Positions 34,290-45,112 of a stretch of DNA of 45,112 bases are shown here, one piece after another. Both the position numbers and the translations under genes were made by a program. Under the pieces are notes generated by a model. That model ran no database searches and was not told the origin of the DNA. It saw only the letters and a list, made by a program, of their open reading frames with translations. The number at the start of each line of letters is the position of its first letter. The stretch's first letter is position 1. The stretch is taken from positions 1 to 45,112 of the forward strand of contig NW_021834437.1 in the NCBI RefSeq assembly GCF_006345805.1, in the 5' to 3' direction. The DNA comes from Octopus sinensis. Lineage: Eukaryota.

Positions 34290-34480
34290 CCTACTTGAAC
34301 ATTGTCAACAAAGAAATGATTTAAAAAACCGTAAAATTGTCCTCTTGCTTGACAGCGCAAGTTGTTACAAGAATAATAATTTTTTTCTAACATTGAGCTA
34401 TTTTTTCTTCAAAAAATGCAACATCATTAATTCATCCCTTAGACATGAGATTTATTAAATCGTTAAATCCTTGAAAAGAA
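34290..34480 (+). mobile_element. Decayed Tigger DDE_1 domain remnant
   Basis: NRKIVLLLDSASC..NIELFF..ATSLIHPLDM..IKSL resembles RKILLLLDNA.H..FLP.N.TS..QPLD. Confidence 0.65.
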
Positions 34481-35058
34481 CATTTTCAATTTTTTCTTGA
34501 AGCTTTGAAAGATTATTATAATTTTAGAATAATATTAGGAATGTAAATGAAAAAATTTGCAACCGGAAAAAAATTAACAGACTATCGTCAAATAAATTTG
34601 TTTTTAACATGATTCTGAAAAATCTAAAAAAATTATTTATATATAAATTTAATAAAAAGCAAATTTAAATTTTCAAACTGTGGATAAATCTAAAAAAATG
34701 TCAAACTTCTATTTTTAGGGAAACCTTCGTTTTGGGGGAATTTTTTAAATTCTGTATTATTCTTTTCAATCTAAAGATTTTATTTGAAAGGGAAAATTTA
34801 AAAATTAGTAATTTTTTTGTACTGTCTGTTAGAGATGGAGACCGATTCTCGTTCTCTGCATTCTATATCTCACGGAGGCGTCAACAAAATTGAATTTCTT
34901 TGTCACCAGCATTACTTCATAATGAAAAGTATGGTCATAAAAGAGTCATTTCCAGCAAAATAAGTTTAAAAGTTTATTTAAAATCTTGATTTATTATTTA
35001 TCAAAAAATTAAAATACATATAATTCCGTATAATTTTCAACAGATATCTGTGATAGAT

Positions 35059-35390
35059 CAAGAGTTCTCAACTTTTTTAGTTCAAGGGCCAAATCGATAA
35101 TTAAGAGTATCTTTCGAGCCGCATAAAAAATATTTTATTTAATTAAAGAAAAGTGGCTTTATTACGTAATAAGAGAATTAATGTGAGACTTGATTTGGCT
35201 TGGCATCTACTATTTTATCAAAACGAAAAGTACAGTTCAAAGACGATGTACGTAGAAGTTGAATTAGGTATTCATCAGTCAATCGATTTCGATACTTACT
35301 TTTACATCAACATTCTGATCTTTCAGACATTTGAATTTTATGGTATGCAAAAGTTTGTATTCAATCGTATCATCAACCAACTCGTCTGAG
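35059..35390 (-). mobile_element. Degenerate second copy of the 27538-28059 Charlie family (one end plus transposase remnant)
   Basis: GTTCTCAACTTTTTTAGTTCAAGGGCCAAATCGATAATTAAGA matches the reverse complement of 28000-28059; STY..E..FS-like remnant. Confidence 0.75.
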
Positions 35391-35989
35391 CAGTTTTGAT
35401 AATTCCGCACAAATACTTTCTTTGTTTTCAATATTATATTTAAAAACTAGAAATTCTGCGACGAGGAAAAAAATAAAATTCTAATAATATAACAAAAATA
35501 ATGAATTTCGATGATCATTTCATTTCGCCTTCGGATTATTCTTTATTGATTGGATCCAAAGCCCTCAAACTTCTCTCAAAGATTGGTTTAATCATCTCAA
35601 GAAGAAGCCACGACAGTCGTGAAACAAGCTGACTTTTTCAGCGGATATCGTTCGCGATATTACGTGGAAATTGCCTGTCCATCCGCTCGGCGACTCATCT
35701 AATTTAGTTAGCTTCTCTAATAATTAATCAATAACTAAAAAAATTCTTTATTGATTGAATGTCAGGTTACATTTTGCACTGTGGAACGATAAACGATGTA
35801 AAAAATTACTTTAAATTTTCATAAGAGTAGTTTATGTATAAAAATAAAGTTGTAAATAATATTACTTAGGTCAAATTTTTAGTCAATTTTTAAAATTTTA
35901 AGGTCAATTAAATTGACGTTTAAAGGGCAATTTTTATTTCAAGTCAATAAAAATGTCGCCCTAATTATTATATCTAAAATGATTTTTTG

Positions 35990-38700
35990 CTAGATATCTC
36001 CACGCTCTTCTTGAGGTTTCGAATTTTCTGAGGTTTTCAGCATTTTCTAATTGTATTCCAGCATTTTTTAGGTCATCGTGTATAAATAGTGGCTGGGTTG
36101 TGCGTAGTTTGGTTTGAGAGCGGCCGATGTTTAAGAAGTACAACTTCATTATTTTTTTTGCAAAAGCGGTGGAATCTATTTTCAGAATATTTCCCAGTAG
36201 TTCCCATCAAGCGTTCTTTGTAGTAGTCCTCAAGCATTCAGATTTACAGTTACAATATAGGTTCTTGTTGATCACCTTCGGATAGCGTAGTAGAGATTTT
36301 AGTTGTCATCTGTGAAATATATTCAGGTCTTTAGTGCATTTATCATTCGAGCCCCACGTTCCGAGTTTTATTGCAGTATAGGTAGAACAAATGCAGTGTA
36401 TAGAATACTTTCACAAGTGTTGAAAGTGTGTATATTTGAACCTTTTGAGTTCAAGTTGGCAAATAATGACATTTTTCTTCGCTTAACATCTTGGTAATTG
36501 TCAAATAATGATTCAAATTTATTATTCTTCATTTCTCATCTGCAATTTGGAATTCTCTTTTAGCAGCTATTTTCCAAATACACAATGAGCATGATTGAGC
36601 ATTTTCCTGATCTCTTCAATGTTTTCTAAAACAAAGTCCTCATCATCCGCAAAGATCAGTTCAGGTATTCGAACTCAGCCCAGGTAGATAACAAATAGTA
36701 TTTGCGATAAGGAATTGCCTTGTTAGAATTTGCAGGAGCTGCCTGAATCAGCCCAAACTTCTATTTTTGTGTTTGCAAATAGGACACGTATCATCATCAG
36801 ACAGCTCTTGCACCCAAGTAAACTTAGTATCTTTATTCTGCCATTAAAAAACGGTAATTTAATAGAAAAATAAAATATTTACCTACAAAACAATAAATGT
36901 GGTATTGGTGAAGTTATGCTAGATATCATGATATGACAGGCCACGAAGGCAATTTAAACCTTCGTTATTAATTTCTGATCTGAATAGCCACCAATTAAAG
37001 CATCAACTTGAACAAGTTAGTGGTTATCCGACGATTATCTGTCATAGTAGACGGATTATCGACTTTAAAAATCAAGACAAAAAGTTAAATAGTTCTATTT
37101 TTGACGGCTTTTCTCTGTCGCAATCTGAACAAAAAGGACAACGCAAAAGAGGCAGTGAAGGAAATCAACTACAAATAGTTTGCACTTTGAGAACTGTTAT
37201 GAAGACAGAAATTATGACAGTACTCACAATATTGTGATTTTTAAATTTCTGCATCAATTTGGTATAGCAACCCTAAAAATGAGTGGGATACAGCATGTGC
37301 CTCCTTGTAAATGGCAGACATAACCCGACAATTCGCCTTCTCCGAACAACACGTGTTAGGGTAGCGTCGATTTTTCACAAAAAATGGGCTATGACTCCAA
37401 TCCAGGAAAGAGTCGACTCCGCAGCAATCAAACTAAGGTTTGGCTTATTAATATACCTTGGCGGTTGTTTTCACAAACTCTAGTGACCCATAAATGTTTT
37501 CCCCAAAATTATAGACTTGGTCGATAAAGTGATGTTTGACAAGAAGTGCAATCTACAGTCTACATAAATAGGGGACACCGTGACTTTCCAAGTTATCACA
37601 TAAATGTAAAGACTTATTTCAGTCAAAAGAGAAAACAGAAGGCATCCGAACCCCTAAAATATTGATTTCAGATTAAAATACAATAAATAGTTCAATGTAA
37701 CCTTTTCTGAATGATATTTTGACAAAAATAAGTGCCCCGGCTGCTTTAAAGACGCTTTCCAGTATTATGAAGTAGGGAATTAAAAATATTCGATGTCTCC
37801 GGTTAGTCAAGACCCCTTCAAGAATTTTGATGACGGAGGCTGCAAAAAACACTTCCAGAATGCCGAGGATCTGGCAAATGTGATGAAAACCATACGATTA
37901 GTATTAAACTCAGGACAAGAATGAGATATCGGATTATCGACATTTGAGTCATTGTTAAATATTTCGTCAAGGAAGCCATTGCTTGACAAGTCACTCGATT
38001 CTAATAAATCACGAATTTATAAATTAATTCCCCTTGATTAAGCTCGAGTGGCCCGTATAGAATAATTAATCATTCGAGAAGTCTTATATAGCAGAATGGT
38101 CAGAAATATCAATTAAATATTTACCTTTTTATTGGTATTAAAAAATGAAAAAGTAAGTCCAAACTAACATTTCTATCCCGTCAACTTGATCATTTTTTAT
38201 AGAGCCAAAGTTGCCACAACGTATTCATCAATGCCAGCTTAGTTTATAGCCCTGCATTCGCAACACTCAAAGAAACAATACCTACAGTTAGTTTTTTCCA
38301 TTTTCCTCAATCGAATGCGAGTGATCTCAATTCTTCCAGGTCGTCCCCCGTCTTTAGATTTTTTCTCCCGCTATTTAGGTCTTTGTTTAAGTCAGTCGGA
38401 GTGTTGATCTAGGTCGTCCGCGGAAGGGTTAGTCGCAATTGTAGTTTTGGCATGTTTTATTTTAACAGAATTCAAATGCTATAAAAAACTAATGAACAGC
38501 AGACAAACGTAGTGAGCACATATAAAACATCTGTAGGGTTTCATTTGGACAAACATGGAGTTGGGTTATATAGGGTCTCTCAACATTGTTAAGACTTCCT
38601 CCTTTTCTAAACACGGCATAACCGGACATTTCACCCACCTTTTCACCTTGCTGCCATCAATTACCTAACCATAAGTTAAGCGACGTTGATTAGTCGCACA
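35990..38700 (-). mobile_element. Long, heavily decayed APE-type LINE (RTE-like) remnant
   Basis: Scattered, correctly ordered motifs: SGYAVFRKGG (APE-like, ~38620), WK..V.PI and YRP.SL (~37560), QG.SLS.ILFVIY and LIFADE (~36650-36720), VFYTAFVLPIL..E.WG (~36370). Boundaries are uncertain. Confidence 0.55.
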
Positions 38701-39738
38701 GGGTCGGCATAATGGGCTACTTGGTTAAAGTAATCAGCCATATTTGACATTGAATTGATCAAAAACATCCCCAATGAAGAAAATCATTCCCTTTCGGTAT
38801 GTTTTCCACCTGACCATTAATTTGGACAATTCTAGTTTCGAGAACATACCCATCCAACAGGGCGCCCAGGAACTCTGTTCCACCATTACATCAAAGAATG
38901 AGGTATTTTCTCAGATCACCAGACTGTGGAAGTACAAATGAGCGTACTTCCATTTATCATTTGTCAAGGATGCGTGGAACAATTCCTAAATACCAAGGAC
39001 GAGTGTAATGACTAATTGTGGTCAATGTACAGCTGATGTATGAAAGGGAACTGCTCTAGACTCTATGGAAGACCACAAGTCGGAGGAGACTAAACTCAAT
39101 GGGGGTGTGAAGGCGTTGATGGTTGAGACAGTAGTCAAGGGTACACAACTCGAACAAGTCAGACATAAACTGAGAACGAAGGAAAAGAGAATAAGTCCAC
39201 TAAGGATTTCCCAGCATTTTTTTAGTGAGAGAACTAAGTGACTTTGAGACCTCCAATCTTACTTGCATTGACATATCATCGACCGAAAGTTCAATTAAGC
39301 TTCAGAATGCTTTAAATGGAGTTCACATATTTTGATATATGGTCCTACCGAATGATCGTATGAAACCACGTGAACGGACATATTTTGAACCAGGTTAGTT
39401 TTAATAACTATAGCAATTCCTGGTAAATCAAGTGTTTCTAGTAAATCAAGCAACCTTTGGTTGGAACTAGAGCAATCTTAAATAAAAGTGTGAATGAAAA
39501 ATTGAGGTACAATGATTTTTATTTCCTAAGGAAAAAACTGACATTCAAGGTAATCAAAACTTAAAAAACTATTATTTGCCTTTTGCTCTGTTTGGTTTAC
39601 GAATAAAAAGCAAGTTAAATTGTTGAAAAACGAATCATTAATCTACACTTCTAGAAACTAATAGAAAAATTCATTCAAATTATCCACAAAAAACGATAAT
39701 TTAAAATCAAAAATTAAACAAGAGTAAAACAATAATAT

Positions 39739-40517
39739 CTAAGCACCTGATTTACCCAAAGGGGCAGAAGGATCACAGTGCTGATCAAATGGCGTAAGAG
39801 GCAAAGGTTTGTTTACCCAATGCTCAGGAGTCCTATATTTCATAGTATTCTCCAAAGCCATCATTATGGCCTTAGCAAAATTTGCTAGAGTAGCCGTAGA
39901 TCCTCTTGTACACGTATAGCAATCTTCAAGACCGCACATCCTCAATAACTTTTGCGGAACTGTTGCTGCCACCAGTCCAGTTCCCCGAGGGGCAGGAATA
40001 AGCCTCACAAGCACTGAACCACAAGTTCCAGTAACTTTACAAGGAACAGTGTGCATTTGACCAATCTTGTTCCCCCAGTAACCCTTTCGGACTGGGATAA
40101 GGTTTAGTTTGGCAAGATTAACTCCTTCCCTCATTGAGTTTACGGCCTCTTTAGAGCATTTAATCCCCAGTCCTACATGTCCCTTCCCATCGCCAACAGC
40201 AACAATGGCCTTGTGTCGAGTCCTCTGTCCAGCTCTGGTCTGTTTTTGAACTGATTGGACTTTGAGAACTTCGTCAGTTAACTCGGGGATAAGTAGGTCG
40301 ACAATCTCGACTTCCTGTCGATTATTAATAGATAAATGACCATGATAGGCAGAGAAGCCATGAATATTTCGTCGATATTAGTTATGAGCCCTTCATTTAC
40401 CAATCTGCCCAGACGAGTTATTGGGACCCATTCCTTTTTTGGAGGAGGGGCTCCTCTTCCTCGTTGTGACTTTCCTCTATTTCCAAAGCCTCCTCTAAAT
40501 CCACTTCTATCGCCCAT
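39739..40517 (-). CDS. RPS2: 40S ribosomal protein S2 (uS5), one 26-nt intron at 40315-40340
   Basis: N-terminal [59 protein letters not shown]. Confidence 0.98.
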
Positions 40518-42212
40518 TCTTTAAATTTAGTACTTAGAATACTAACCAAAAAACTAACGTGCTGCAAATTAAATTTTATATATTACTGAACAATATTAAA
40601 AAAAATTATAATTAATACAGTCTTTTGTTAACAAACATTAAAAACTTGGTCAGCCTGAAAAATTTCTCTGTTATATGTTGAAATCGGTTTGAGGTCTTTA
40701 CCGAACTGGTTCCTCCTGTTTTTCTATTTTTACATATAAGCTTTATAAGTCTTGCAGAAAGAAATTAAAAAAGAAAAGTATCGAGGATTTTTAGATTGTT
40801 GAATTTTCGCCATGGTTTTTTAGAGATTGTTAATCAAGTACAACTTTTTAGATTTTTCAGATGATTGTGCTGGCAATCCTGAAGAAAAATATAAATAAAA
40901 TTTTCTTTAGAAATTCTATTGATATCTAAAATGAACGAATGTCAATTACTTGAATTTAATCTCTTTAGACTTCTTAGATATTTCAAATCCAAAATATTAA
41001 ACATTTGATCTTGATCTTCTATCTTTGAAGAAGAGAATGATTTAAAAAAGCTTAATTTTAATGGGATTTAGGACTTTTTGTTTTTTGGAATATTGACAAA
41101 ACTTGATTTTTGAATTAGCACCTTTTCCATTTGACTTTTCTTTATGAAAAATTATTTTAGTCCAGTATCACTGGGTTAAAACAACAAGAAAGAATAGTTT
41201 ACAGAGTGATCACAGACTTGTAGTCTATCTCCTGTTGTGTCGAGCGTCCAATATGCCTTTCTCATGGAAAATGGTGTATGTTCATATTTTCGACGGTCTT
41301 TTAGATAGTCTTTGAGAATAAAACTGCTAGTAGAGCAGGAACCTGTTTACACGATTCTTATAATTTTTCTTCAAGAAATCCCAGATAGTTTCAGGTAGTT
41401 CGCTATTGCCTCTAGGTTTCAGAGTCAGTAAAAAAAATTTTGTACACGTAACATACAAAAATATCATCCATTAGACTTGGAAAGGAATATGTGCATGGCA
41501 TTGCTGCCAAAACATTTGTGAAATGTTTGTTTTTCTCCAAAACAGTAAATTTGTCCTCTTTCTGTTCCATGGTAGAACATGATGGGGAGCTTTCCTACTA
41601 GCATTTTATATTGCCAATATAAACTTGATTGCTCAGCCTTCATAAACCTATTCTCAATTGTTACTACTTTACTACTTTTAGTACTGTCATGAAGGAGACC
41701 GGAGTAGATATCAAATACGACTACTAAAGCGGACTTGATTTTTTATACATCTGAACAAGCAAAATGTCTTGAGTATCAATTGAAACAACTGTGACATGAG
41801 GAAAGAAATATCGCATCCTTTTCGTCCTTATGAGACTAGATATTTTGTGCCAAATTATTGCAAAGTTCAGAAAAGAAAGGTGAAGAAACTTCGGCCTGCA
41901 AACACGACCGCAAAAATAAAATTATATGTTAATTTTCATAAATTTTTAACCAACTGATATGGAGCTGACACATCTGTCGAATTTTTAATGAAATGGAACC
42001 GATTTTTCAGTCAAAAAAAGTCGACTATTTTGGCCCGGAAGAATATTAACATACACAGAATGTTAGCCTGAAGCTTCCTAGACCAATGTGAAGTAAAAAC
42101 TCAAAAATCAAAAACATAAAGAGAAAAAGGAAGTCGTTCTAACTCAGGAGTCAGTTTGAAAATGCAAAATTAGTAAATTAAGAACAATATTCCAAAAAAA
42201 ATATTTAAAAAA

Positions 42213-42671
42213 TCAAATGTCAGTAGTAATGAGTTGATCGCACGGCCAATCCTCATAGCTTCCATCAGGAAGATATCGTCGTATTATAATTGGAATCTTC
42301 TTTTCCCTAAAAAATATTTTTAAATTTGACTTAAGTTCCTTTATTGCAATTTTAAGAGGATCAGTTTCATTTCCAATTTCAGTGAGAATAGGAGCGCACA
42401 TCCTACAGGATAAACACTGGAGAATAATCACGCTATTTGCTGAGCCCGTGTTCCAATTATTCTTGCCCTCTCATATTTAGTCATGAAAGGAGTTGTTGTC
42501 CGTTCATCGCTCCGCACAGGTCGTCCAGCATTATCTGGCAATATATCGATGTTTTGAGCATCATCCATATTTACAGTATCTTCTATATCCATGTCATCAT
42601 CTTCAAAATTGTCGTTGTCGTCAAAACTAAGAATATTCAATAAAAAAGTATCACTCATCCTCGTCGTACAT
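42213..42671 (-). CDS. POLR2F: RNA polymerase I/II/III subunit RPABC2 (RPB6), three micro-introns
   Basis: Acidic N-terminus; [22 protein letters not shown]|[17 protein letters not shown]|[20 protein letters not shown]. Confidence 0.97.
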
Positions 42672-42934
42672 GAGCTGACAACAGTAAAACTAAATATGCA
42701 CTAATAAATTGTTTTTATTAAAATATTTTTAATATATAATACACGTTTATTATAATAATACTATGATTCTAATTTGAATGCTAAACAATATAATTTTTAA
42801 AAAATTTTATATCGAATAAACTTATTATATATTAATTGCAACACTAATATTAATTAAATTTACTTTTTATTGAATAATAACAAATAATTGATTTGTTGTA
42901 AAAAAAATTAATAAAAAAAGTTGTTGTGCTTTAT

Positions 42935-44356
42935 ATGTCAAATGCTGACAATTTTCAGGAATTATTTAATGAAGTTTTAAGCACTCTGAATATTTCTGAA
43001 CAGGACATTTCCTCTCCGATATACACTTTAGAACTTTCTAATGAGCACGATAAAGAGTCATTTATAATAAATATGGATAGCCAGGCCTCTTTATTATTAT
43101 CTTACGATGCGTAAAAAACACTTTAACATGAATAGTTTCACCATAAAAGGAGAAATTGACGATAACGCTGTTCTATGCAGTGATGAAAAATGTTATGAGA
43201 TGATTCAAGTAGACCTCACCTCTACGCTTATTTGTCTGCCAGAGTTAGAAAATGCAAATTATGATTTTTTGAAGGTTTGAATACTTTTTATTATTTATTA
43301 GTCACGTGCTATTTTATCCGAATATGTTGAACTCAAGGAATATAAACCATCATTAAAATTATTTTACGACACATTAGGCCACGTTCCTTACGCGGGGGAA
43401 TACAACGAACAGAATTACCATTCTGATCAAGTTTTTTTATTCTCAATTAACACTAGTTATATACATATGACGACTTGGTTGATATCATGCGGTGTACTTC
43501 GAGTCAACTTCATGAAATGCTAAAATTATTTGATGCCTTTATTTATTCTTGTTAGTTTGGTGTTGATTATAATTTAAAGATAATGTGAGATTATTCGACT
43601 CAGAATATCTAGAAGAAGCGGTCATGCACATTTCTAGAATCATTGATTCGAGGAATCTCTGTCTTACTGCAGTTCCGATAAATACTGTCATAGAGGATCT
43701 CGGCGACCTTTATCCAAAGTCAATTTGTATTTATTTTATATTTTAGGGATATTGTTAAGACTATGTTTCCAATTTTATCCATTAGTTGTTATTATGGTTT
43801 TAAGTTTGTAAAATAATTTTTAAGATCCTAAGGACATCAATCAATGTTACTATAAAATAAATATTGATAAGATGTGCAAATACGGTGCACTGTCAATCCT
43901 CAGAAAAGCGGATCAAGTTGATTAAATTTTAATATTTACATTTCAGCTTTATCTCGACGAATTTCAGCTAATTTGGAGCCGTTCAATGCCGTTTCCCACT
44001 AATTTAGAACAGCTTAAGGTTTCAAATTGGACAAAATTTTGTAGGGCGTTGCCATTGTCAATGAGGAAGCCAAACCAAAAACAATTTCATATTTTAACGT
44101 TTTCGACCTCAGTGAGAACGAGGAAGATAGGTCTGCATACTTGTTTATTTTCAGATTTCGACAGATCTTTCAAAAAATGAGAGTTTGGTCTTACACACAA
44201 CTCAAACCATATATAAGGCAATTCCATCTTCGTATTATCGGTAGTTATTTTATCGAGCGTTTTTGTACTGATGAAAATGATATGCTACGCAGATATACTC
44301 GGTCTTTCACCAGAAATGGCAGAACCCTATATTCGTCGCGAGTGAGATATAATTAA
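42935..44356 (+). CDS. DSCC1: Sister chromatid cohesion protein DCC1 (Ctf18-RFC subunit), multiple micro-introns
   Basis: IKGEIDDNAVLCSDEKCYE, YVELKEYKP, PYAGE, YTYDDL..., WTKFCRALP, RNGRTLYSSR match DCC1 family order; the exon model is partly resolved. Confidence 0.85.
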
Positions 44357-44439
44357 TTTCTTATTTGTATTGAATAAAAATCTTTTATTATATAAATTAT
44401 GCCTCCGTTACCTTTTCTTTTTATACCGGCATTCAGAAT

Positions 44440-44800
44440 AACTTAGAGAAGGTGCATTCCGGGTTTCATGTGAGCAGGAAATGACTGGATCGGCGAGCAT
44501 TAAAGTATATACTCTCCGGAGTTTTCTTAAAAAAACTTTACGGCACATAAGGTTGGAGGAACTTAATGTAAATGCGGTTGCCTTTTGTGACCTCTGGGTA
44601 TTGTGATTTAATTTATATAATTTTTTTTATCTTGCAGATTGTGCGAATAACCTTTTGGTAAGAGATAGTAATTTTGTTTTTTACAAAAGTTGATGTAGAA
44701 AATTCGTCAAAATGTGGGTTGTTCAGAATACTGAAGAGAGTTTTAAGGAAGACACTTACGTTGATTTTTTTAATTATGGTGACATATAAACCAGGTTTTA
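44440..44800 (-). mobile_element. Highly degenerate Dong/R4-like family B remnant
   Basis: GAGAAGGTGCATTCC..ACTGGATCGGCGAGCAT and TGTGGGTTGTTCAG..GAAGAGAGTTTTAAGGAAG match 20640-20730 and 21370-21430. Confidence 0.65.
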
Positions 44801-45112
44801 AGAATTTTTTGTAGAAAAAACAAGTTCAAAAACTATAACTTAACTTGAAGCCTGGAAAAATTTTAAATCGTGAACTTATATGTGTAAGATAATGGATTTG
44901 GAGTAGATAAATTGAGTTGGATTTTGCCCATGGGCGTGTTGAGAAATAGAACATCTTCGAAGGGTGTGGCTGTCACACCCAACAGGCAAAGTTGCAGCTC
45001 GTTTAATGCGAAACCAAATTTTTCGGGCAAACAAAAGTTATTCTTCAGATTAAACCTTATTTATAAGCTCACAATTAATACTATGTTTCTGCGGGAATGG
45101 CTTAAAAATACC

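Noticed and set aside
11575-44530. Apparent common 3' breakpoint of several Dong-B fragments near TGCACCTTCTC
   Set aside because: On closer alignment the endpoints differ by tens of bases and the copies are diverged; a hotspot is not supported.

Overview
AT-rich animal genomic DNA using the standard code, with extremely short spliceosomal introns (about 23-33 nt). Metazoan origin is inferred from the RPB6 'IAMCAP' motif, the dynein C-terminal extension and an invertebrate-type U2 sequence. The intron size fits a reduced parasitic animal such as a dicyemid or myxozoan (inference only). Host genes: the 3' 11.4 kb of cytoplasmic dynein 1 heavy chain (~50 micro-introns), an intronless ZIP metal transporter, a kelch-only protein, RPS2, and a head-to-head RPB6/DSCC1 pair. 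Much of 13.7-39 kb is transposon material. It includes a resolvable three-level nest: an R4/Dong-like retrotransposon split by an Ac-like hAT, which itself carries a Buster hAT and a second Dong copy. There are also CRE-like and APE-type LINE fragments, internally deleted Tc1/IS630, Charlie and Tigger elements with intact ends, and a 135/118-bp tandem array. The most notable observations are a U2 snRNA 5' half fused to a 5'-truncated LINE, a palindromic hairpin-type footprint at the broken hAT end, a host-sized 26-nt intron inside a Tigger transposase, and RLE retrotransposons that resemble families I recall from microsporidia. All coordinates were counted by eye, and boundaries of decayed remnants are approximate. 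No database searches were run.
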